This document shows, piece after piece, positions 1-10,340 of a DNA stretch of 20,000 nucleotides. Below the pieces are notes generated by a model. The model saw only the letters and a program-made list of their open reading frames with translations, made no database searches and had not been told where the DNA came from. Where the stretch lies: the NCBI GenBank assembly GCA_039621445.1, contig CP154954.1, forward strand, positions 32,378,420 through 32,398,419. The letters are read 5' to 3'. Both the position numbers and the translations under genes were made by a program. This DNA comes from Euglena gracilis (taxonomy: Eukaryota). Position 1 is the stretch's first letter. The number at the start of each line of letters is the position of its first letter.

Positions 1-182
1 CGATTTTTTCGACTTTTTTGACCCAGTTTTGACCCAAAGTCAATGGGTCGGCGGTCCAAAACGGGGCGCTGGCGGGTCGAAATACGCTCGTTTTCGGCTC
101 AAAAACAGTTTTTCTGGGTCCGGGAGGCCAAAAAGCATCGTTTCGGGCAAAAAATTTTCGATTTTTTTCGAGTTTTTTGGCT

Positions 183-601
183 GAAAACGGCTAAGTCGAA
201 CAGAGGGAAAAGTGTACAAAATGGCCTGAAACGGCCCAAATTGGCCAAAAAAACGCCCGTATCTCGGGCTGGGCGGGGAGTTGTGGGGAAACCAAAATCC
301 CAGTAGATAGAGCGTTCCAAGGGCATCAATTTAGGTCTCCAGACATTTCCTTTGATTTTGCATCATTTTCGAGAAATTTTGAAAACATCGATTTTTTGAC
401 CCCCCCACCCCCCGAAAACGGCTAAGTCGAGTAGTGGGAAAAGTGTACAAAACGGCCATCTGCGGGCTGGGCGGGCGGGGAGTTGCGGGGAAATCAAAAT
501 ACCGGTAGATGGGGCGTTCCAAGGGCTTCAAATTAGGTCTCCGGACATTTCCTTTGATTTGGCTTCATTTTGGAGATATTTTGAAATATGACATTTTTTG
601 G
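183..601. repeat. Diverged tandem duplication, ~230-bp unit (copies start at 183 and 414), in an OSCP intron
   Basis: Both copies share GAAAACGGCTAAGTCGA...GGGAAAAGTGTACAAAA...GCGTTCCAAGGGC..CAA.TTAGGTCTCC.GACATTTCCTTTGATTT. Confidence 0.85.
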
Positions 602-1118
602 CAGTCCAAAGGGGGGGGGGCTTATCCAGGGGGGGGCGGGCCGATCCTACCCAGTTTGGACCCCTTCGCGCGTGAATAACTCGGGCCTGGCGGAGTTGGG
701 GGTCAAACCCAGGTGATTCGGAAACTAGAAATCCAGTCGCTCGCAACTGAAAAAAAAAATTCCGGGAACGGGGCCGGGATCATGGTGATAATCCGTCGGT
801 TCTCCTGGTGGCCCCGAGGGGGGGGGGGGGGGGGGGGGGGGCGGGGGGGGGGGTTTCGCCGGGGGTAAGCTTCGCTCTTACCCATAAAGGGATAAGAGCT
901 CAGCGACCCCTCCCTATCCCCCGAGGGGGGGGGGTCCAGCCAGCAGCCTTTTTGCCAGCCGGAGGCTGACTGGGGTCCTTAAGACCCCGATTCCCTGAGC
1001 TCAGCACTGCACAAAACCTGGGGTTGGGGTTTGAGCAGTTGGTGTTAGGGTATCAGCTTGGATGAAGAAACCGAATTTTCAAACGAATTTTCAAAAAGGA
1101 TCGTCCCTCCTTCTGCAG

Positions 1119-1217
1119 GAGCCAAGTGGAAACGACTTGGCGGAGATCAGGAAGCAAGTGGAAGAGCTTCACAAGGAAAGCCCCTTGAAAGATTACAAGC
1201 TGGTTCTTGAGACAAAG
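1119..1217 (+). CDS. ATP5PO: Mitochondrial ATP synthase OSCP (delta-family) subunit, internal exon (EPSGNDLAEIRKQVEELHKESPLKDYKLVLETK); upstream exons lie outside the window
   Basis: Acceptor tccctccttctgcAG before 1119 and donor GT at 1218. The 99-nt exon has a phase-0 donor. Spliced to the next exon it gives KLVLETK-VDPSIGGGYILEV, matching the OSCP/delta C-terminal 'xLxxxVDPSxxGG' motif. Confidence 0.8.
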
Positions 1218-1477
1218 GTTGCCTGCCCGCCCCATGGAGGGAGGTCGGGTTTTTGGTTTCCGTGCTGACCCAGGCAAACTCCCTTGAAAATGGTATTTTC
1301 AGGTCCCCGCTTGCCTTCAGCAAGGGTCAGGGTTCTATATCGAAAACTGTGTCTTGGACGCCGGTTCGGGTGGTAGCCCGAACCGGCGTCCTAGGCACCG
1401 GCTTCCCCAAATACCCATTTGGCGATTTTGGTCGGAATTTGTCACCGATCAAAATTGGTAGATTCTGCACTTCTGAA

Positions 1478-1798
1478 GCCATGTTACCCATCAATCGAAA
1501 GCTCTCCTCAAGGGCTTTCGACAGATGGCAACAGAATTCATCCATAGTGCATGAAGCTCCTGTTTTCAGCAATCGTGTATTTCAAAATTTGACACCTTGA
1601 TTTGTCAAATCCCAAAGTTCAGGTGCCATAGGCATATCAACCGATCGCTCTCCCCACTTGGTACCCACAGAACCAGCCACACTGCACAACGCTCCGAATA
1701 TCGACGATCCTATTTTCCGACCCTGTTTGCGAATTCGAAATTCCACTGTTTCACCTGCCATGTTGCCCCTTGATTAAAAGCTCTTCTCAAGGGCTTTC
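1478..1798. repeat. Degenerate intronic direct repeats, ~140-bp period
   Basis: GCCATGTT..CC.T..AT..AAAGCTCT.CTCAAGGGCTTTC at 1478-1519 and 1757-1798, with a weaker copy at ~1625-1650. Confidence 0.7.
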
Positions 1799-2729
1799 AG
1801 CAGAAATGAAGCTTGGATTTCAGCCATGCTTAGAATACCATGCCATGCATGGTATTCTATTTCCAAGAATCCCCAAATTGGCCAAAGGGAATTCATTAAA
1901 CAAAAACCCCCAATTTCTGGCCTTTTGACCTGAAATTGGGTAAATTTTGCAATATTTTCCTTTTGGTCAATTTTGGGGAATTTCTGAAATGAATACCATG
2001 CAGCGTGGCTGTCAGGCTTTTGCTTAAGGGATTGCAGTACCCCCCCCCCCGGGGGGGCTGGACTAGTGGGATTTCTAGCAGACCCCCCCGGGGGGGGTCT
2101 GCTAGCAGGGCTAGGTAGTGGGAAAAATTAAACGAAATCCGCAGGGGACGATTTTTTCGGCTGCAAACCACCAATAACTGATTTTTTTCAATTTTTTTTG
2201 AGACCGACCAGCATCAAAAATGCCATTCCCCCCCCCAAATTTGACGAAAATTGCCAATTTGGGGGGTTTCGGGGTCATTTTGGGGGGGGTCAGATTTTCA
2301 CCAACAAGACCGGGACCCCCCCCACCTATAACCCCCCCCCCTTCGGCTGACTAACCAAACCGGATCCAAATCTGATCCCAGGGCACACCGTTGTGCACCC
2401 GTGAACAGATCACGGGTGCACAGGGCATCACCAGTGAATGGAATCCTTTTTTTTAATTGTCCTTTTTTTTCTGTTCACCAGTGAACCATTCACAGTTGCT
2501 GTGGCGTTCACCAGTGAATGCACCCCGATTCCTCACATGGGGAAGCCCGTTATTGGTTTAACAGTTTTAAGGAAGTTCGCCCGGCAGCCATATTCTACTC
2601 CCCCCCGAGTGTCCAGGGAGGGGGAGAGCTTTCACTGGCCCCTTCTCAAATTCCTAAGCTGTTTTCAGCAATTTTGTTTTGGTTTTTGTGTTTGCACTGG
2701 GCACTGCTCTCCTTTTTTCCTTTTGCAAG

Positions 2730-2831
2730 GTTGACCCATCCATTGGTGGAGGATATATCTTGGAGGTGTGCAACCAGGTGGTGAACAGGAGTGCAGCTGC
2801 CGCCGCCGCAGAAACAGCTGCTTTGGCGAAG
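2730..2831 (+). CDS. ATP5PO: OSCP penultimate exon (VDPSIGGGYILEVCNQVVNRSAAAAAAETAALAK)
   Basis: Pyrimidine tract ccttttttccttttgcaAG precedes it and a consensus donor AAG|GTGAGT follows at 2832. 102 nt, phase 0/0. Encodes the VDPSxxGG...VNxS OSCP signature. Confidence 0.85.
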
Positions 2832-4265
2832 GTGAGTTCCGCATTGGCTGTCTGAGAATTTCTTTGAATGATTTCTCACTGTGCAGGAGAATGATGCAAA
2901 ACACAGTTCTGCTTCTTTTTTTTGTGTTCCCACCCCTTCCCCAGTTATTTCACTGCTGGTTTCTGATTTTTTTTTGACTCGAAAAATCCCACAATTTAGC
3001 CCCGATTTCCCCTGAGACCAAAGTAAAAAAGGGCGCAAAATGGTGAGCACTTAACGTGGGCCAGGTCTGTTGGGGGCACAATTGGGGGGGGAGCGCAGGC
3101 TTCTTTTTGCCACAAGGGGCCAAAGGCGCTTGGCCCCCGAAAATGGTCATTTTCAAGGGGAAATTGGTTTGATCGGCAGGCATGTGGATTTGCATGCGGG
3201 GTGCTTCTCACAGGCAGACCCCATGGCACAAGGCACCCCCCCCCCCCGGGTTGGCAAAAGAAGCCTGTATAACTCCAGCTGGGTTGGCATTTTCAGCCAG
3301 AAATTTGAGGTGAAGACCCAAAAACCACCCCAAAAATGTCATTCTTGGCCATTTTTGACCCTTGTTTTCAAAAAATTTCGGCGCAATTTTCGGTCCAGCC
3401 CCACTTCGCCGGGCTGGGCCAAATTTTGTTTCAGTGGACCCTCCCCCCCCCCCCCGGGAGAAGTCTGCAGCCTGGGGATAGATAAGGCAAGCCCAGATAA
3501 GGGACGGCAAGTTTTCATTTTCCCTTCAGGAGCGCCCCTTGAGGACCGCCCTTGGGCCCAAGGGACGGACAATGACCGATCCTGTGGCCGATCGAACAGG
3601 GCCAAAATTCAAAAAGTCAAAACGCATTTTTTGGCATTTTGGATGGATGGGCGATGGTCAAAAGGATGCCAGAAATCACTTTTCCCTCTGAAGCCGACGC
3701 ATTTTGGCAAAATATGGTCATTTTTTCGTCCATTTTTCCAATGAATTTTCATTGTGTTGGGATGGGAAGTTCTTTTTTCCGTTCAGGATCACCCTGCCCC
3801 AGCCCAGCTGGGAGGTGCTGGCTGGCTGAACCGCCCCCCCCCCCCCAAGGAAAGCCCTTGGCCTTCGCGCAGGATGGCCTTTTCAACCATTCCTGACCTC
3901 CCCCCGGGGTGTGGAGCTCGCTGGGCAGGGTGGCCCAGGCTGGGCCACCCTGCCTGAGTGGCATGGGGCAGAAGATGTTTGAGAGACATGGTTGCCGGCG
4001 GCCCAGCCCAAAAACCGCATTTACGACCACCCCCCGGTCACAGGTTGCAGGAACCCGGTCGTACGACAAGGGGGGGGGGCGGGTAAATGTATTTGGTTTT
4101 GCGGAGGGGAGAATGGGGGTTCCAGAATGCCCCCCCTCCCCGCTCAATTGATACCCTGCCCGGTGAGGGCCAGCTGGCTGCACCCCCTGGGAACTGACGA
4201 AATTCCCTGCCCCCAGTCCAATGTCAACGCTTCTCCCTCTGGTTTTATTCCGTTGCATCCCCCAG

Positions 4266-4415
4266 GCCTCTGCGGCACAAGTGGATTGGACGTCGCTGCC
4301 TGCTGCCCCGCCTCGCCCTTCCCCCTCGGCCCCCGACACCTTGATCCGTCTGCTTGGCTCGGTGGTGGATGACCTTGCAGATGCGGACAAGGTGGAACAG
4401 AAGTACGGGGCATAA
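4266..4415 (+). CDS. ATP5PO: OSCP terminal exon: Pro-rich linker plus C-terminal helical extension (ASAAQVDWTSLPAAPPRPSPSAPDTLIRLLGSVVDDLADADKVEQKYGA*)
   Basis: Branch-like CTGAC at ~4194, pyrimidine-rich tract and cccccAG acceptor ending at 4265. In phase with the previous exon and ends in TAA. Euglenozoan OSCP is reported to carry such a C-terminal extension (recalled knowledge). Confidence 0.75.
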   Translation, partial: ASAAQVDWTSLPAAPPRPSPSAPDTLIRLLGSVVDDLADADKVEQKYGA

Positions 4416-6145
4416 TCACGGTGTGCTTCCCTGCTGTGTAAATGAATCAGATCTATTTGGGAAACCTGTCCCATTTTGTTGGCGCCCCGAGGTGTTGAAA
4501 AAATTGGTGCCCCCACTGGCAAGTGCCCCCCCCTCTGATGCGCATGAGGGTTCTAAGGGAGATGGGAAAAATGGGTGAAAATTTGGCTGTCCGGGGGCGG
4601 CTGTGCCCTCCCGGGTCCCTGCCACTTCTTTTTTTGTCCTTTTTTGCCCAATTTTTAAGCTGTCCCCAAAATGTCCCCAGCAGGGGGGGGGGGCATTTTG
4701 AATTGAAATTTTGAAGGAAGAATTGGGGCCGAAAATGGGGAATTTTTCCAAATCAAAAATTCCCAGCCAGGGTTTTTTTGTCTTGGAAACCCTGGGGGGG
4801 AGGGAGGGGGAGGGGGGTGGGTCCGGCCGGTTCCTGCTGGGGGACGGAGGGGAAGCCGGCAGGCCATTTTTGATCAATTTTAATGTTGAAAACATCCAAT
4901 TTTGTTTTGACATGGTTCAGGACATGACTAACCCCGTGAGTAATTGCCGCGGTGACATTCACCACACAGCCAGCTGAGAACAATCTTCTGAGTTGGGCCA
5001 CGGGGGGGATTTGAACACAGCAGGCATCTTGCCACCAGGGGGTGGCCTTGTGCTATGGGATGCTTGATACAGCAGGGAGGGGTCACTGCAGTCAGTTTTG
5101 TGTCCTGACCAGGGGGGTAACCTTTTCGAAAACTCTCGCCTTAAAAATGATCCCTGGTACTGCTTTTTTAAAAAAAAAAAAAGGAAGCCTGGTGCCAGAT
5201 ATTTTGAAATGTTCGCCGACCTGGGAGGGTCACCAAACTACCTCTGGACCAGGGTTTTTTTTTAGTCGTGGACCCCGGGGGGGCAGGGGGGGGTGGGTCC
5301 GGCCGAGCCCCCCCCCCGGGGGGTCCCCCCGGAGGGGGGTGGGATATACTTTTCGGCGCTGCAGGCGCAGAAAAAATGCTATTTTTAGCACTTTTCGCGA
5401 TTTTTCGGCCATTTTTTTGTGGGTCCCCCGGGACCCCTCCGGGGGGTCCCCCCTCCAGGGACCCCCCCTCCCCCCCGGTCTTTAAAAAAACCCCTGCTCT
5501 GCACCTGGAACCTGTGCTCCAGACAAAAAATGATGGGAAACAAAAATGACTGGGAAGAAACACAAAAAAAATGTTGGGTAGATTTCAATTTGGAAAAATG
5601 AATAAATAAATTAAAATTTCGGAAATTGTGGCCATTTTGTGGGTCTTGTGATAAAGATCTTTCGCAACGATTTCTGTGGTGGTCTTCTTTGAGGTTTCTT
5701 TTCATGCAAAGAAGGCCCCGGAAACTGACCACATTTCACAACCCTGTGTTTTTGTGTCTGAGATTTGATTACACTGAAAGCTCAACAAAGGGTGTAAAAA
5801 TTTCTGGGTGAAAAAAAACGCCGGAGAAAATGACAGGAGAAATTGGCTTCATTTCTATTCCTGTTGTTTTTGTCCAGATTGTAATTCGAGATTATTGTTT
5901 AGCTCATGGATTCGCAACTTTTGGGTTTTCGCGAACCTTATTAAAGCTATTTTTCAGTCAGATCGACCGACCTGCTGCAGGTTCCATGTAATGTCTGAGT
6001 GAAGTCAGGCTCTGTTTAATTTTCCGGAATTTCGGAATAAGAGATCTGTGCGTCGTGGCTGAATTCTGAAGCCATCGTTGGACGTCTTGATGAAAAGAGC
6101 TTTCGATCGAGGGGCGACATCGCATTTACCCCGGGGGGTCCAGCA

Positions 6146-6513
6146 GGGTTCGATATAAGGAGGGCATACATGGTTTAGGTGGGGGGTGTCCCCCCCCACC
6201 GCCCTCCTGGCCCACCCCCCCCCACCCCGACCCGGGGGGGTACCCGGGACCACCCCAAAAAAGGGACAATTTTTTCCTCCGGCGCGAAGCGAAAATTTTT
6301 GCATTTTGGCCAATTTTTGCCCAAAAAGTGCGCAAAATGGCACTTTTGGTCGTTTTGGGGGGGTCAAAAATTTTCGGCCCGGCGCTTTGCGCCGGGCCAA
6401 ATCGGTCACCCTGACCGCGCCACTGTTTAGGTGGGGGGGTGTCCCCCCCACCCCCCCCCCCCCCGGCCCGCAGGGGGGGTCCGGACCACCCCCCCTCTCC
6501 TTATATCGAACCC
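6146..6513. mobile_element. MITE-like non-autonomous DNA transposon with perfect 17-bp terminal inverted repeats
   Basis: GGGTTCGATATAAGGAG (6146-6162) and CTCCTTATATCGAACCC (6497-6513). Internal direct repeat GTTTAGGTGGGGGG..TGTCCCCCCC at ~6174 and ~6425. No credible coding capacity. Confidence 0.7.
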
Positions 6514-7182
6514 AGCCTTTTTTCCTTTGCTTTTGGGGGGGGGGCAATTTCATAAAAAAATCTGCAAAACGACCGATTGTGATCGCTCTTCTGGTTGAAA
6601 CCATCTGAAATTTGCTTTCAAATGGTCCAGGAATGAAAAAAGCCAAGATTCAAATCCAGCGAGCTGGTTTGGCATTTTTCTATTTCAGCATACCTCCCCT
6701 CTTGGGGGAGGTCTGTTGCAGGAATTTTTTTCAAGACAGAACAAAAGCAGTTATGGCCGCGGTGGTTGGTGAGAAATTGTGTGATCCCAACCCCAGGGAA
6801 TCAGACGAGTTAAGCTTACTGGAATGGACAGCTTACTGGAATGCGGCTTCTGTGCCTGAGTGGCCGCTTGAAGAAACAGCATTTGCTCATTTCTTCAGGT
6901 TCTGAGGAGTGGACAGGACTAACCCATACACACATTTGTGTGTCGACCTTTTGGCTGCACTCAACGTTTTCTCGCAGCCTGTTGATCAAATGCCGCGCAA
7001 TCAAAAATCATCAGTGTTTCGCATTTCCGAGGTTTTTCCCGTTTTGGCCGGCTCACCTGCTTTTTCTCAGGGGTATCCATGGGGTGGATGGCCTGCAAAG
7101 GGAACCGAGGCCTCGGCCTTCTTCCTTCCCGAAAGCCGAGGATGGGAAATTAGTACCATACCAGGGAATTTCTTAAGCCGGG

Positions 7183-7902
7183 GGGTAAACCCCCCCCCCC
7201 ATTTAAACCGACCCGTCGGTTTAGGACTTTTGGGTTGGCGGAAATCCTGGAGGGGGTCGGTTTAGACGGGGGGTCGGTTTCAGGGGAGCACACGGCTGGC
7301 CACGGAAGCGGGTTGATGTTAGCAAGGCAATTTCAATTGGCAAATGCCCAATTTGGTCGGCCAATTCCTAAATTTGAGGGACAAATGCCTAATTTGGTCA
7401 GCCAATTCCTAAATTTGAGGGACAAATGCCCAATTTGGTCGGCCAATTCCTAAATTTGAGGGACAAATGCCTAATTTGGGATGCAAATGCTTAATTTTTG
7501 GGGGCAAATGCTGAATTTTGGGTGTAATATCCAATTTTTGGTGGCAAACTGCCTAATTTTGGGTGCAAACTTCAAATTTTAGATAGCAAATGCCAAATTT
7601 TGTAATTTTTTGGTTCCAACACCAAATTTTCGGAGGAAAATGCCCAATTTGAGGTGCAAACTCCAAAATTTGGAAGCAACTGCCTAATTTTGGGTGTAAA
7701 TCTCAATTTTGGGTCATCAAAACTATTCAATGAGCATGGACGCTCTTTCCGTTGGCGGCTTCCATTATGTTGTGCATGTTTGTCATCCAACTTGCCATGG
7801 GTCGGTTTATTTCTTTTTTTGGTTGAAATTCTGCAATGGGTCGGTTTGGAAGGGTAGGTCGGTTTAGAAGGGGAGTCGGTTTAAATGGGGGGGGGTTTAC
7901 CC
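7183..7902. mobile_element. MITE-like element with ~28-30-bp TIRs, subterminal GTCGGTTT motifs and an internal 21/42-bp tandem array
   Basis: GGGTAAAC(C)nATTTAAACCGAC at 7183-7212 and GTCGGTTTAAAT(G)nTTTACCC at 7875-7902, the latter followed by TA. GTCGGTTT recurs near both ends. Confidence 0.75.
7340..7712. repeat. Tandem array: 42-bp unit (GCCAATTCCTAAATTTGAGGGACAAATGCCYAATTTGGTCR) decaying into 21-bp degenerate units
   Basis: Three near-identical 42-mers at ~7360-7480, followed by CAAATGC..AATTTT.GG-like 21-mers. Confidence 0.85.
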
Positions 7903-8379
7903 TACCCCCCGGGGGGGTCCAGCTAGCAGCCCAAATTCAGGCTGGAAGCCCCCGGGGGTGAAGTGAAATGCAGTCGGGTCCAGCCCGGCCGGAGGCCGGG
8001 CCGGCCAATTGGGCTACCCAGCTCAGCTGTCCCTGAATTTCCCCCCTCATCGCAGCTTCCTCCATCACGGCACCCCGGCCTTGACCGAGACACCTCGGGC
8101 TCCGCACTTTGCCATTGTGAGGCCAATGGCATGCCTTGCTCGCCGGCGTTTGGTTGCGCGATTGTTTTGGTGCGCTGGGCTAGGAGGTCCCGCGTAGTGC
8201 CTTTTGTCGCCGGAGTTGGCTGACTCTTAACTTGCCCTTCGACAGCCAGAGAGGACAGGAACAGAGTTCACGAACGAGGAAGAACTGAGAAAAGAAGTCA
8301 ATATCAATTCAGTCTCCAGAGCACGAACCAGACGACTATCAATTGAGAAGTCAGTTGTCAAATTTCAATTTCGACTTCG

Positions 8380-9030
8380 ATGAGCAATGCAGTGGAGAAG
8401 AAATTGGAATTATATGGCCACGGACGTCCTGGAGGAGTGGCCGCAGCAGCTGGAGACCTTGGAGATGCGGTCAACACGTGGCAAACCGTGGCCGTTCTTC
8501 CCACCCAGCCCCCCACCCCAAAAATTTCACAGCACAAAAACCCCACCAATGACGGCCACGGTCCTTGGACCACTGTGGCCAGAAGGCCAAGAAGACAGAA
8601 GCCAGCCCCAGCCCTTGGTGGGCCAAGACTGGGCCATGGGGGCCCAAAATGCTTCACAATTGGACAATCAAAGCCCACACATCAGGGGCCAGAAGATGGG
8701 GAGATGGAATAAAGGCCAAGGAGGTCAACACCACAGGGGCCATGGGGACCAGTTTCACAAGCAAATCCCCTCAGGATGGGGCAGAAAAGGTCTGCCCAAC
8801 CCCCCCAATTCATCTATCACAACAGCCCCTCTCAAGGGGACAAGGGGGGCCACAGCAGCCCCCCTAGATTTCCAATGGGGTTGGAGGCCAAGAAGAAATC
8901 AAGCCTGGAAGACCACAATATGGATTATGGAAAAAAATTTACACATGGAAACCTTGGAGACCAGCAGGGTGGACCCACAGTGGCCACCAAGAAGCTAAGG
9001 ATGCTGCTGGAGAAATCAGTGTACGTCTGA
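8380..9030 (+). pseudogene. Possible decayed gag/ORF1-like frame of another retroelement
   Basis: ATG after a purine-rich leader; peptides WQTVA and GPWTTVARRPRRQKP resemble the 'WxxVxxKK/RR' motifs of retroelement ORF1/Gag proteins. The frame breaks repeatedly at homopolymers. Confidence 0.25.
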
Positions 9031-9253
9031 TTCCCAATTCCCCTTTCCCAATTCCCAAAAGCCTTCGCTTTCGCCTTGGCGCACCTACTTGGGAACTGAA
9101 AATCAGAGTAACAGTAAAAACCCTTTTCCCACTTCCCAAGAAGCAAAGCACGGAGCAATGCGGGGAGGACGGACTGGAAATCCAAGTCCGGTCCAAGGAA
9201 AGGAAGGAAAAGGTATCAGAAGAATACCACCTGTGGAGAGAGAAGGGGCACCC

Positions 9254-9392
9254 ATTCTATCTAATAGGATTCTATCTAATAATAATTCTATCTAATAATC
9301 TAATAATAACACTAATTCTATCTAATAATTCTATCTAATAATACCCATTCTATCTAATAATCATTCTATCTAATAATATTCTATCTAATATC

Positions 9393-9429
<37 letters not shown>

Positions 9430-9455
9430 TCTATCTAATATTCTATCCTAATAGG
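9254..9455. repeat. AT-rich mini/microsatellite: (ATTCTATCTAATA)n with an embedded (TAA)n run
   Basis: Repeated TTCTATCTAATA units are directly visible; pure TAA run at ~9392-9428. Confidence 0.95.
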
Positions 9456-10051
9456 ATCTGCTTCCATCCTAACTTCCTCAACGGAAGGGGACAGAAGCAT
9501 ACGCCTGGTACACATCCCCCTCCCAGGGCTATGCCCGATTTCCCCTTTGGACCAGGCATTCTGGCCACAGGGATTTCGGACACAGACCTGGTCTGTGGGA
9601 GGTGCACCCTGGCGCATCCACAGGGGCCCTTTCCGTCGCACAGGGGTCCACTCCAAGGGGGGGGGGGGGCGGAAAGGAGGGGACCCAAAAAGCCTAAAAC
9701 GCGCAAAATGGTTTCACCTATTCTGCGGTGGCTTATGGGTATATAGTATATTATAGCCCACTGGGGAAAATGGGGCTGGCAGGTTTCCTTGCCAAGCAAA
9801 CCCATCCACCCAGTTTGGGTGTGCCCAAGGCACTTGGGGTTGGGTCCATGGGCATTCCAGGAAAACCCCTGGGGAGGGTGTGGAAGGAGGGGGCCTCTGA
9901 CCAGTCAAACCTGGGCAGGGCGCATGGCCAGTCAAACCTGACCACGCAAAAGGAAATCCTACTCTACAAAACCAACTGCCGGCGACAGCATTTGCCCCGG
10001 GGGGAAAAGTAGAGTGGAGTGGGGGGTTGGCTTAGGCCAGAAAAGTTGTGC

Positions 10052-10340
10052 TGTCTGGCAGCCTTAAGGCCTCAAACGGCCGAAAAGAAAAGAAAGGGAA
10101 AGGAAAAGAGGCCGTCGGCCCTGTGCGCTGCGTGTCGCACGCCCGCAAGAGGGGAGAGGGGAGAGGGGTGTGCATGCATGCGCACGGAATCCTGCACATG
10201 GCAGCATCCCGGTGGGAACTTACTAGCGGCGAATACCGCAAAGGGTCTTCGAAGGGGCTGTTCGGGCGAATACTCAAACAGGGTGTCAGGCGAATACCCG
10301 ACGAGGGTGCTGAAAGACGCCGCATTGGCGCTGACAGACA
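10052..10340 (-). repeat. 3' long terminal repeat (289 bp)
   Basis: On minus it starts TGTCTGTCAGC and ends GCTGCCAGACA: an 11-bp terminal inverted repeat with one mismatch and TG...CA ends. It follows a purine tract directly. The partner LTR is not in the window. Confidence 0.8.

Noticed and set aside
1020-1052. Telomeric TTAGGG-like sequence
   Set aside because: Only one TTAGGG in G/T-rich sequence; no array.
1218-4265. Euglenid non-conventional (non-GT-AG) introns
   Set aside because: Both inferred introns have GT donors and pyrimidine-AG acceptors.
3070-4522. 224-aa (+) and 257-aa (-) ORFs
   Set aside because: They lie in an OSCP intron or antisense to its last exon, and their G/P/K/F-rich translations come from homopolymer runs.
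5042-6646. Several 130-213-aa G/P-rich ORFs
   Set aside because: They translate G/C-run repeats and the MITE, with no domain signal.
7340-7712. CRISPR-like array
   Set aside because: The units are contiguous with no unique spacers, there are no cas genes, and the context is eukaryotic.
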